64,000 bases of DNA, from contig OZ249444.1 of the NCBI GenBank assembly GCA_965235115.1, positions 23,312,001 to 23,376,000 on the forward strand. The letters are read 5' to 3'. The notes under the pieces are model-generated. The model did no database searches. It worked only from the letters and a program-made list of their open reading frames with translations, and had not been told where the DNA came from. Numbering within the stretch: position 1 is the stretch's first letter; the number at the start of each line of letters is the position of its first letter. This document shows positions 25,821 through 38,211 of this stretch, in pieces. A program made the position numbers and the translations under genes. The stretch comes from Laetmonice hystrix. Lineage: Eukaryota.

Positions 25821-26112
25821 ATGACAAATAATCTTGCTTACCGATCGAAGGTCATGAATATACTGGAACGTAAGACGTTTACGGTTCTAACCTGGGTAGT
25901 ATGTACCGGGGAGAGTATTTGGGTTACTTCAGTATGTCGGCATGGATATGGAGATATATCCACATGATGACAAATAACCTTGCTTACCGATCGAATATCA
26001 TGAATATGGTGGTACGTAAGACGTTTACAGTTCTAACCTGGGTAGTATGTACCGGGGAGAGTATTTGGGTTACTTCAGTATGACGGCATGGATATGGAGA
26101 TATATCCACATG
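25821..26112. repeat. 146-bp tandem duplication
   Basis: atgacaaataa... at 25821 and 25967 with few substitutions. Confidence 0.9.
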
Positions 26113-28856
26113 AATTCATAGATCATATGGATCCATAGATATTCCCATAAGGCACCTAGGTTGGTTAGTGAGGGCTCAGGGAAGGTTTTCCGGATCAGTG
26201 CACCATGTATTATAGGCTGATGGTGAGAGTACTAATTCGTTATCTAAAGATTATTTGAAGCATGGTGTAAGAAGGACACGATGGGTATGTTGAAGAAATC
26301 CACCAGGTGTCTCTGTTCAGTCAGGTGTAGGTATACAGGTATGAGAAGTTTGAGAACAGTGTTATATATTACCTGTCATACATATAACGTCCTCAGTGTT
26401 TGTGTCTGTCAGTTCGTCCATACAAACGTCGCGCTCGGTGCCAGATCTGTATAACTAGGAGCGATCACTCTAACGGATAATCTTCGCTAAATCACTGTGA
26501 TTGACAAGATAATCTACCATGATTGAGCAGCAAGTCAATGACGTCCTGCCATCGCACTTATCCCCCCCCCCCACCCAGTGAATCAATGTAGAGAGTATTT
26601 TGAGAGACGCAAGAGGATGGCTAGATAGATGGTAATAAAATAGGCTTACATGTAATTGTTAACTATATTGAAAAGTGGTCTCTCGACCGGGGACACACAC
26701 GACATATTGCTGATGCATTTCTTCTATGTGAAACCCAATAGAAAGTGGTCAAAAGATTGGAAGAAGTTTCTTCATCAGTATGTTAGACTCCGTGTTTTAA
26801 TGTAGAGTAAATTATAGTAAACTATGTATACTATCAATGGTCGTAATGAGGTCCTGGTTCAGCTGTATAAAATATCATGATACTTAATAATGATTCTATT
26901 TATGAGTGGTCAATACGTCTGACAACCTTTAGAGATGATGGCGGAGAGCAAGCCATCAGAACGAAAAACTGAAGGTTGTAAACTCTGTTATACTAAACCA
27001 AGCGGTACCTGTAAATTATACGTGTATTATTATATACTGTCGGCCTTCTAAACCAGGCTGTGCTCCAATCGTTGCTTGCTCTATGGTGACCAACATTTAC
27101 TGACGGGGTTTCAAACACACAATCTTCTCAAACCCAGAGCACATATATCCAGTTTGTGAGTGTGTGTGTGTGGAGGGGTTGTTGACCGAGGATTTGTCTG
27201 AGGGTTTCTGACGGGGCAGCACATGAGACGCCGGTCTCGTCTGTGTCATCAAGACATATAGTTCACAGAACCCGATCCGACCCGGAAAGCAGCTGGCACG
27301 ACGCGGTACTCAGCAAAAGGTCAAGACAAAACAGGTCAACTTTTGACTGCCATCATTCTCAGAACCTTAGGACCTACTTTTGTTTATTAAAACTGACATA
27401 TTAAGACGCCCACCCCCTTTTTGATATACATTGTATTGGTAGATCTTTGTTGTTTTCGACTGTTTTCTGGCACGAATAATATCAGAGCAGTAAAAAATTT
27501 GTTGAAAACATGGAAAACATTTGGGAATTCAGGCATTTGGCATTTTTATTTCGTTCAACCCTAAGATGCTATATGTTCATGCTAACTTAGTATGAAGGTT
27601 ACCAAGGATGTCGTGGCCGGAAGCTAGCCAGAACATGTGCTCAGGAAGCTGTCAATATACTCTGCACATAGATTTAACAGAACACAAAAACTGGCCAACG
27701 CAACGGAAGCGGAAGTCCTCTGCTGGAAGCTTGCTGTCAATATTATATTTGGCTGCCTTAGCCATGACAACTGCACTGAACCAGAACAAGAAACTCCACG
27801 CTCATAGCTCCGTTATAGGAAAAATAGAGCCATTGCTTCACGCTTCATGTCATTCTTTGCTATAATTTATAGGTGAAGTCGAAGATGGTGTTGTCAAAGT
27901 AGTATTTTGATTGAATTCAAATTGATATAGGCCTGTCTACGGTATATCCCCCATGATAACCTAAACCCTACGACATTTGGTCAGAAGTAAAGATCCCGAA
28001 CCCTGACCTTATCCTTAACCCCTAACCCCGGTCCCAACACATCCCAAAAACATTATTCCTATCCTATCCCTATCCCTGACCTAAACCCGAACCCCTACCC
28101 AACATTTTGTCTGGAAGTTACCACGGGGTAATAACCCGGTCTGAGATACTCCACCACAAACATCTTTCTGGGTGCCATCGGAGCAGTCCGAGGTCTCACT
28201 GCTGGAGTAGGTAAAGATATGAACGAATCTGGGGGCTGCGGGCAGAGACCGTCACGGCGTAGTGGTGTACGGTCCATACACCAGGGGGCAGTACTAGTCG
28301 GGGATGGTGACATTAAGGGCTGGAGTGAGGCGACAGACAGAATAAAGTGGTAATAACGAAAATGGAACAGTGCCAATTCTCTACTCGTCTCCCCCTGTTC
28401 TGTTGACGCTCGGCAGACAAAAATATGAATTTAAAGGAATGATAGTGCACCTTGAGGGTAGATAGAATGAACAGGTAAAATGTAAGTAATTTTATATTAG
28501 AGAATCCTTTTCCGTCCGTAGGCCTAACTGTGTCACCAGACGTGGGGATTTGTTTGGGCCAGCTGTTTACTGTGGGTGAAATTTTAGTAGTTTTTCTGGA
28601 AACACTACTCTTACACAACTACTATCAGGAATTGGTACATGCCAACAGATTTGTTATTTCTCACAAAGATAAAAATACAGTGGAAACCCGTAACGTAAGT
28701 CAAGTGCTGCCACCTGGCGGAGAGCAAAGGTACCACTGTTGGAAATTGTTTAGAGAAACGTATAAAACCACAGCGATGTTTTGACCCCCCACTGCAAAAC
28801 AAGATAGAACCCATTATAAACAAATAAATATCCTTGAGAAAACCCTTTGGTTAAAC

Positions 28857-29021
28857 GGGCGACTCCGGGATTTTAGTAAAGGGGGTGGGGATTAAGGGGA
28901 AGAATTTGCTAAGGAAGGGTGGGGAGTTCAGCATGGTAAACTCAGAAAGTTTTATGGGGAAAAAAGGGAAAATCGGTTGCCAAGAGGGGGTAGGTACCCT
29001 TCCCCCCCCCCCGATCCACTG
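28857..29021 (-). mobile_element. MITE-like interspersed repeat fragment, same family as the copy starting at 54366
   Basis: The reverse complement (ggcaaccgattttcccttttttccccataaaactttctgag...ttagcaaattct) aligns by eye to 54407-54500. Confidence 0.6.
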
Positions 29022-30842
29022 GGTTTGTACAGTTACATAGATCGTGGTACGACTTGTGAATGAGGTTTCTGAGATAGTCCTGACTCTACTTTTGGAGAGA
29101 TATGGACGGGATGTTTAAATAGAAATCAATAGAAACTCCCGATTTGTAATTATAGTGGGAAAGGTCCATACAGAGGAAGGTCATGCCAGTTTCCATGGTG
29201 ATACTCGGTTCTCATGCCAACAGTGACGACCCGGCCGGAAGGAGTAACTTGATTCTAAACAGGAAAGTTTGTCTCTTTAAGTTAGCTGGGAAGGCAGTGG
29301 GAACAATGGCCGGAGAAGAATGGCCTGTTGTTTCTCACCCAGCGATCAGGGTTGTGTGTTCAACAGATGTTTAGGGTCGGAAACAGTGTGTGCCGACTTA
29401 TTCCTTGTCTCTGTAGGTGGCACACATGTTTTCTGACAGTTATTAACTGGTTCTATTTGGTCATACTCGACTACTTGAAATGCGTCTGGGAAATGTTTAA
29501 AAAAATTCCTGATCATTGATTGATATCAGGGTATTAAATTTCAAAATCATGATCGAATTCTTCACGGATATGGATTAAGCATTGAAGTGATTAAGCGTGC
29601 TAATCTAACACCGTAGATTTGGTAATAAAGTGGCGAGACTGTCCTGCTAAAAGGTGTTAAACAAGTTGTCTGCACATGTATAGAAAGAAGTGACCATTTT
29701 CAGTCGTCTATTATGTATGTTATGATGAGAAGACAATGGGATGGTACAAAACATTTCAGGCGGTTGTTGTCTTCCTCAGGTTTTTCTTGGCCAATGAGAA
29801 AAACAGGAATGACTAACAAAGTCACGTTGCAACCAATGTCTGGCTATGCTTCCTGCACTGTCGAGGTGTATTAAGTCTTCCATAAACAGGACAACAAACT
29901 CTGAAAGTCTCTTCCGTCAGAATGTTCTTTCCTCAGAGAGCATTGCAAAAACTAGACCATGACATAGAAGGTGAGGGGTGTCTACCGAACACTCGCCCTT
30001 CTTGTGTCATCTTGCGTGGCCACTTCAGTAAAGGCAGTTGTGTTTCTTATTGCTCTGCCAAAAAGAAAAACATACCAGAAAAACTTGAGCTCCACTAACG
30101 TGGGTGCGGAATCCTCAAACCATCCACCACATGTACCACGCCTCGCAAACAGCTGATCGACAGCAGGTTGTTCACCAGACCCGACCCCCACAGGTCTGAC
30201 CTTTCAACTTTAACCCCTGGCCAGGCAGGATCATAATGTTGTAAGCAGTTATTGGTAAACCTGCCGCCTCGGATGAGTGCAATGTCTTCCTCTGTGTCAG
30301 ACCTTAACGTGTGAAGAAAATCTACAAGTTAAAGGAGAAAAAAGTTTGGCTGTGATTCGTCACAAAGGATGGGTAAATATATAGCAGGCGGTAGACGGAG
30401 GCGGGTGCGCAGGACCGGCGGGTCTGACTGAGGTATAGGGAGACGTCTGGCCGGTTGTCGGGGTGTGGTAACCTGCTTCACACACTGAACATCTCGGCGG
30501 CACTTTCACAATCGGTGCTGATTGTTTTATACAATCACACTGAGCTAACATCTAGCACCTACTGGAGGACACAGAGTGACGGATACCGAGTCATTAGATC
30601 ATCAGCATTGCACCTAGTCCACCCAGCCCGCCCAGCTCGCCCAGCCCACCCAGTCCACTCAGCCTTGGATTTAGGAGACAGAGAGGACCCAGAAGAAAAA
30701 GGCTGCCCGGTTACAAAGTCTGACTTGATGAACTGCACAGGTTGTGGATTAGACAGGCCCGGAGATGGCTGTGTACGGAGATTATCTGTGATTGGTGAGA
30801 TCATGGACTCGGAGTCAGACAGACGTTGATCCCGAGCTGTGG

Positions 30843-31194
30843 TATAAAGGCGGTCGCAGTAACCGCCGCGATATTTAGTGACAGGCGGGTTTTTTTCCTA
30901 ATGATTGAAAAGACACCAAGTTGCCGGGACGGAGGGAGAGAGAGAGACAGTGAGACATAGAGACATAGAGACAGAGATAGAGAACATTGGACTGTTGTGT
31001 GCTCACTGAGCCGTACCTGGATCACCTGCAGAATCAGCTGTGGCAAACACCTTTTTTATGTACCGTGCACCTGGACTTGGGATACAATATAACCTACATA
31101 CATAACCACCTAACAAGATCCTGTGGAGATCTGAGGAAGAAAGTCTCAGCACGATTTTAATTAAATACCTACCGACCGAAGTGTACCGAAAATG
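30843..31194 (+). promoter_or_regulatory. Candidate internal promoter and ATG-only first exon
   Basis: TATAAA at 30843. 'gaaaATG|gtaagc' at 31192-31200 gives a phase-0 donor that would yield M-EQIEAQF when spliced to 33833. Upstream ATGs (e.g. 30901) weaken the call. Confidence 0.4.
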
Positions 31195-31514
31195 GTAAGC
31201 TGTTCTTTACTTTATGACTGTCTGAATGTTTGTTTCAAACAGAAGGCCTTGTCAAAAAAGTGCAACGTTGAATTATAATACATCCGGTAATCAATTTTCT
31301 CTGTTGAATTGTTAAGCGCAGTCGGTATACAATGCAGGATGTAGAAGTCTTACCAGCTTCTTCACAAGTTGACTTCATTGACCTTGCCGATTGAATGCGC
31401 ATCGTTGTTTTTTAATAACGCCGCGTCCTCCCAACAAGTCGACATTCCACGAAGCATTAACCTCGAAGTAACTGGTTGTTTCAGAACACGGCAAACATAT
31501 CCGTTTAAGAATTA

Positions 31515-31931
31515 AATATAAAGAAAGAAGGTGTAAGTGGTTGTTGATCACCAATATAAAGTAAGAAGGAGTAAGTGGTTGTTGATCACCAATATAAAGA
31601 AAGAAGGAGTAAGTGGTTGTTGATCACCAATATAAAGAAAGAAGGAGTAAGTGGTTGTTGATCACCAATATAAAGAAAGAAGGAGTAAGTGGTTGTTGAT
31701 CACCAATAGAAAGTAAGAAGGAGTAAGTGGTTGTTGATCACCAATATAAAGTAAGAAGGAGTAAGTGGTTGTTGATCACCAATATAAAGTAAGAAGGAGT
31801 AAGTGGTTGTTGATCACCAATATAAAGTAAGGAGTAAGTGGTTGTTGATCACCAATATAAAGTAAGAAGGAGTAAGTGGTTGTTGATCACCAATATAAAG
31901 TAAGAAGAAGTAAGTGGTTGTTGATCACCAA
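31515..31931. repeat. 38-bp tandem repeat x~11
   Basis: Unit aatataaagtaagaaggagtaagtggttgttgatcacc. Confidence 0.95.
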
Positions 31932-33114
31932 TGGTAACCGTGGGAACATTCCTGGTTGATCATGTGTCTGTGGTCAGTGCCGATCTGCCGACCGTCACTG
32001 GTTGGATCTCAGTGAACGCAGCTGGTACCGGCACCGCCACCAGGTGTCGTGCAGGTCACGTGACCCAGCCGCAAGGTTCAGAAGCTGACCAGTATTTATG
32101 GGGAGAATGTCAGTCAGGAAAGGTGCGTGACAGGTATGAGCCAAGTGTTTCATTCGTTTGGTGCAAATGTTAACTAAAACAATTACACACTACTGGCACA
32201 TAATCAGATTCCCCCCAAAAGCCTCAGACACAGTACAGGACTAAATAGATTAAGATACCTTGACTCTATACGATGAATCTCTAGCTGAAAAGAAAGAGGT
32301 TAATGTAACATATTGAAGCAACATATTGAAGCTACACAATGCCCAAGAAAAACGCAAACGGAAAATTTCGGAAAGATGCAATTGAGAATGATCACTAAAA
32401 GAAACCAATCGTCGGTATACATACATACAAAGTTGTTTTTGCTGTCGCCTTTATAAGAGTCAGACAGATAGAGGCCAGTAGGTTTTCTTACCGTCTGGCC
32501 TGGACGGTGGTGTCATAGGCGCCACCTCCGAGCAAGGGGGGATTTCTGTAGGCTTATTAAAGGTGGCACCAGCAAATAAGGGAGATTTCTGTAGGCCTCT
32601 TTAGTCTTAGAGGCGCAAAGTGGGGAATTCTACATCGGACAAGGCTCTACAGCTGACCGGAGGCAGGGGAGGGATGTAATGGAATTGGGGGTGGGAGGGG
32701 GGGGATTGGGGCTAATTATAGACGAGGTTGTTGTACCTATAATGATGAAATAAGACACCGGTTTATCGCTGCTCTTGTGAGTGAATACCTTTCGAATCTG
32801 AAGCTAAAGAGATGTCTGACAGAAGGGAGAGAACATTTTTTGGGTAGCGATTTTCTTTCTAATTTTTATTTATTTATTTATTTTTGCACATATTTGAACA
32901 AAGACAACAAAGGATAAACTACAATATAGGGGCATATAGCGATCAAAACAGAATACGAAAAAAGTTTTATCTTGTAGTTAAGTAGGCTGAAGGTGGGCGT
33001 CGGGTCGCGGGGCACATGTATATTTTCTGTGTTTTTGGGGCACGTTGGGAGGGATCGTGTGCACAGGCTCCTCGTGATCCGTGCTTCCACCTGGTGGCAA
33101 ACACACAAACCACA

Positions 33115-33454
33115 GGCAAGGGCTACATCCACCTCCAACCCACATTCAGTAATAGTGATGGGGCAGGGAAGAGCTACATCCACCTCCAACCCACATTCAG
33201 TAATAGTGATGGGGCAGGGAATGGCTACATCCACCTCCAACCCACATTCAGTAATAGTGATGGGGCAGGGAAGGGCTACATCCACCTCCAACCCACATTC
33301 AGTGATAGTGATGGGGCAGGGAAGGGCTACATCCACCTCCAACCCACATTCAGTAATAGTCATGGGGCAGGGAAGGGCTACATCCACCTCCAACCCACAT
33401 TCAGTAGTAGTGATGGGGCAGGGAAGAGCTACATCCACCTCCAACCCACATTCA
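33115..33454. repeat. 51-bp tandem repeat x~6.5
   Basis: Unit gggcagggaagggctacatccacctccaacccacattcagtaatagtgatg. It explains the 17-aa periodic ORFs in the track. Confidence 0.95.
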
Positions 33455-33514
33455 ATCCACATTTCAGGTTTTCATAAAGAATATATCATGTGAAATATTA
33501 TAAGGAGCAAATTG

Positions 33515-33738
33515 CAGTGGCGTATCCAGGGGGGTTTCCAAGTATCCCGAACCCCCACCCCTTGGAAACAATTACTATATAAAAGGACATTTTTTGTAAA
33601 ACAAAAGTGTGAAAAGTGCATTATTAACCAAAGGAAATCTTTATATTTCCAAACAAGACGTTCTGAGATTGCATGATTTTATGTCTTTTTTTTAATTTAA
33701 CTTTTTTAATAACCAGTTTCTGGATGTATACGCCCCTG
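33515..33738. mobile_element. 224-bp MITE with CAG(T/G)GGCGTA termini and apparent 5-bp TSD
   Basis: Left end cagtggcgtatccag, right end ctggatgtatacgcccctg. 'aattg' flanks both sides (33510-33514, 33739-33743). Confidence 0.7.
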
Positions 33739-33832
33739 AATTGTGACCGCCAAAACTGAAGGCTACACAATATCTTGACTTTCCTGTCGGATCTAGATTA
33801 TAATAGATCTTCTGTTTGTATTTTGTCGCTAG

Positions 33833-34928
33833 GAGCAGATCGAAGCCCAGTTTCACCGCGATGGACCGGGGTTAGACTCAGGATACGGCACCGCTAACCA
33901 CTCAGACACCGACTTCCCATGTCACACAACTCTCCACTCCGCAGGTTACCATGGCAATCATCATGACAGCTATAGTTACGGCTATCCCGACGGCTACCAC
34001 ACGCACCCAGCCGTCCGGAACGGGGACTCCACCAGCTACCAACCGCCACCGCCGATAGGTGGCGTGCCGCTTCCGCCGCCGCTGCCACCAGGGGGCAGCA
34101 GCAGCCGAGTGAGCGCGGATAGCGGAGGCAGTATGCCCCACTATCCCGCCCCACCTTTACATGGGAACAGTCGGAGTACATCCAATGGTCAATCTTTGCT
34201 CTCAATGACCCCTCCTCCCCCACCCCCACAGTTCGATATGGGTGCGAATATGACTGTGACAGAGGAGCACTATGAAACACGTCTCCCAACCCCATTGGAC
34301 GACCCTACCCTCATGATGGGGGGTGAGAATATAGATAATATATACGGGGCACAGTTACCCCCACCCGGGATGGACAATGGGTACCCCACTCCTTACGAAC
34401 TCTATGAAACCACTTTGCCAAGACCCCAAGTGGGGCGAGGGCCCCCACAGGCGCCCCCGCCCCCTGGGAGGCGGAGTTCGAACTCGTCAAGCGGTAGCTC
34501 CCACAGAGGGGGTTACAGTAGCTGTGACAATATCATGCCAGGAAGTTATGGCACACCCCATAGAAACTCTATAGAGTCACCTGACTCTGACTTCCCGCCA
34601 CCCCCACCTCCGCAGTTCTTCCCAACCATGCCGGCACCATCCTCCTCCGGCCCCGGGTCACCCGTACGGCCTCCACCCCCGACTCTACCCAAACCTAGGA
34701 AAGGAAGCGTACCAATGAATGGGGGCCCGCCGCCCCCACCCCCGCTATCTACGATACCCAGGGCTTCCTCAGTGGACTACGGCAGCCCCCCGATGCCGCC
34801 GTCCTCCATGACGCTGGGGCCAGGGGGACCTCCACCGCCGCCAGCGCCACCTTTTGGACAGATGTCGGATATTGGAGGACTGGCGGCACAACTCCAGGGC
34901 GTTCAGCTGAGGTCATCTCCCCCAGAAG
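33833..34928 (+). CDS. Large proline-rich exon of an actin-regulatory protein (espin/forked-like candidate), ending in a WH2/G-actin-binding-like motif
   Basis: Acceptor 'ttttgtcgctag' and donor 'gaag|gtaaga'; 1096 nt open (phase 0-1). Encodes EQIEAQF..., SDFPPPPPP (EVH1-ligand-type FPPPP), several poly-Pro runs, PPPTLPKP and GGLAAQLQGVQLR. Confidence 0.9.
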
Positions 34929-37484
34929 GTAAGATATAGGACCTCCTCTACAGGAGGGGTCGGAAAACGTCTCGATAGGTCGGCTTTGGCCTGAGCAAAG
35001 ATCCCAACCTTTGAAAGAGATGTTTAATGATTTATATAGAGAAACGTATCAAAATTCATTTCAATAAATCTCGACACTGTTTGCACGGAGTTTCATTTCA
35101 AACCACATCTCTACCCTGACTAACCCGGTCCATGCGAGACTGCTTCCGACGCTTCCGTATACAACAGTCTGTGAGTTTGAGATTTCTGTTTCAGCAGGTG
35201 ACGGCAGATTGCAGGGCATTATTACCCGGTACTCGCTGTCAGTATGTGACGTTAGTCCAATTTATGGTGACATTGGTTTATCCCAATAGACATGGCAGCT
35301 TATCGCCATCTGGTGTCGAATTCCCTAACGATGTCCTACGATTGTATCTGTTAGTTAAAGCCTTACACGAACCTGATGTCTGTAGAAATACTACGAAAGG
35401 ATGGTATATCTACATGTCGTAATGAGTATTACAATAATATTGTACGCCGTTAGTTCCCCGTTTTCCCTCCAGGGGGCGCTTCATCATGGCAGCCTTGTCG
35501 CGCAGTGTTGATCTAGTGGTGAGCTTGGCTTGTCCGGACATGGCGTTGCGTCGGACTTGACAGATGTGGGGCAACAAATGCAATCCCATGACCTAATTTT
35601 TAAGGAGGACTTAGATTGGAAAGCTGAGACTTAAGTATTAAGAAATGAAAGTACTTAATGTAATATAAAGTCGGTATTGAGTGTCTCCTGGCGCCGCGGT
35701 GTAATGGAAGCGGCATGGACAAAGCAGATTAAACTCAGCCATGGTATGTGACAGATTGGCGAGAGCGTCATGATATATCAAATGATAATCAAATCTAAGA
35801 ATACTTGTCGGATGAGGATCACAGAAGTTTTCTCTCGGGGTCATTTGTTTCTTTTGTATTCCTCATTATTTGCAAAAAAAAAATAGCCCTTACAAGAAAA
35901 TATCCCTGTGAATCCTAGTTTTTGAAGGTAAAGATTTAGTTTTCAAATTTAATCGGGTTTGATCCAGTTGGGTCTCACGTATTTAATCCACTAGTGACTA
36001 CAGATGTTTCTCAATCGTGAAATTCTCAACGTCAGTTTGAAACAGCTAATGGGACGGGATTATTTTGGGTCAGATTAGTACAAAAAATGGTAGGCCTATG
36101 GGTGAGAGGATGTGGGCAGACTGACAGAGAGTGTTAACTAGCGCTAGACAATGGCACTTCACCAAGCACAATTACAGCGAGTATTTCAATGTGTTTTTTT
36201 ATTCAATGAGGTGAACGTGTGTAATGTCATGCCTGTCTGGCTATCAATGTGTCTGGGACCGACCAGGGGTACGGTATAGACAGGTTCCCATTGTATTTGA
36301 GAGGATTTACCCTCGGGTCCAGTTGCTGCCCTGGCCCTAAGTGCTCTCATTAGATGTCTGGAATCGAGGCGACCTCTAGCAGCAGAGTCGGTACTATTCA
36401 TATCTCGGCGTTATTCAAATCAACTTCATCATTCACAGGGAGTTGTTTGATGACAGACAGAAAATAGTAACTAGTCTATACTTAATGTCTTTTTTTATTG
36501 TGATAGTTTTTTGAAAACCACTGGGACATCAAACCCAGCAGCCAGATTTTTTAAAAGTCTGAATGAGGTCATCTTTCCCATCCTTTACCATCTTTCCTAT
36601 ATTAGATGACGTAAAAACACATCACCTCCATTTCGAGTCAGTGCCGTGAAGTCGGTTTTTAATGTCTCTCTCTACGCCACTTTTAGTGTTAAGATGCCCC
36701 TAGGTGACACATATCCTTATTGTTTTTTAAAAGTGCAGGTGGCTACCGTTTGTATGTGTATGTTATTAGGTATACTGTGTCCTTATTTAACCACGTTAGC
36801 AGTACCTGAACACAATATTAATACGAGATACAATTTTGCATCCTGTGGATTTGTAGTTGAGAGTAAAAGACCGAGTGAATTACCTTGACAAAGCTAGGTG
36901 TATTGTGTTACTGGACACACTAAGATTACTTCACAACCATGGAAGCTCCCTCTTCAAACTGATTACATTTCCAACGTTAGCCGTCAGATAAAGATATAGA
37001 AAACATGCATTCCTATGGATGCCATCATTTCCATGCAACAAATTGAGTCTGATGTCAGCTGTCCTAAAACTTTCTGTCAGGGAACTTCTTCACGCCCGAC
37101 CAGCAGACACTAACATGGTCTGAGTGTCTGCCAAGCTATATCAAAGATATCCTCACAATGCTATCTAACAGAGTACTTTGGTTACCATAGCAGCGGCCGT
37201 TTGATGTGGCTTACATGACGGCCATGGCAACCACACGCGACTGATGTTACTAACATCTCAGGACATGTGTAAAACAGGAACTGATCATTGTAAACTGTAG
37301 TAAAACAGAGCTTTGAACCAGAACGGGATTAGGAGAACTCGTTGGAGGAGGTTTGTCCTGAGCACTTGTTGAGACAGAGGCAGTGGTTTAAGGCTTTATG
37401 TAAATATCAGGCCGGGATACAAGCTGAGTTAAGAACTGAAACACGCGGACACCTTTCGTCAAGTTGGTTTCACTGTTACAATCA

Positions 37485-38211
37485 GAGTCAGGCAGGCGGA
37501 TGAGAGACTGGTAGGTAGATAGGCTTTCTCTTACTGTAACAGTAACAAAACTGGATTGGTATCGAGTCAGGCAGGTGGATGAGAGACTGGTAGATAGATA
37601 GGCTCTCTCTTACTCTAACAGTAACAAAACTGTGGATTGGTATCGAGTCAGGCAGGTGGATGAGAGACTGGTAGGTAGATAGGCTTTCTCTTACTGTAAC
37701 AGTAACAAAACTGTGGATTGGTATCGAGTCAGGCAGGTGGATGAGAGACTGGTAGGTAGATAGACTTTCTCTTACTCTAACAGTAACAAAACTGTGGATT
37801 GGTATCGAGTCAGGCAGGTGGATGAGAGACTGGTAGGTAGATAGGCTTTCTCTTACTCTAACAGTAACAAAACTGTGGATTGATATCGAGTCAGGCAGGT
37901 GGATGAGAGACTGGTAGGTAGATAGGCTTTCTCTTACTCTAACAGTAACAAAACTGTGGATTGGTATCGAGTCAGGCAGGTGGATGAGAGACTGGTAGGT
38001 AGATAGACTTTCTCTTACTCTAACAGTAACAAAACTGTGGATTGGTATCGAGTCAGGCAGGTGGATGAGAGACTGGTAGGTAGATAGACTTTCTCTTACT
38101 CTAACAGTAACAAAACTGTGGATTGGTATCGAGTCAGGCAGGTGGATGAGAGACTGGTAGGTAGATAGGCTTTCTCTTACTCTAACAGTAACAAAACTGT
38201 GGATTGGTATC
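37485..38211. repeat. 81-bp tandem repeat x9
   Basis: Unit gagtcaggcaggtggatgagagactggtaggtagataggctttctcttactctaacagtaacaaaactgtggattggtatc. Confidence 0.97.

Noticed and set aside
32878-33493. Three overlapping 150-194-aa ORFs
   Set aside because: All are explained by the 51-bp repeat being open in several frames.
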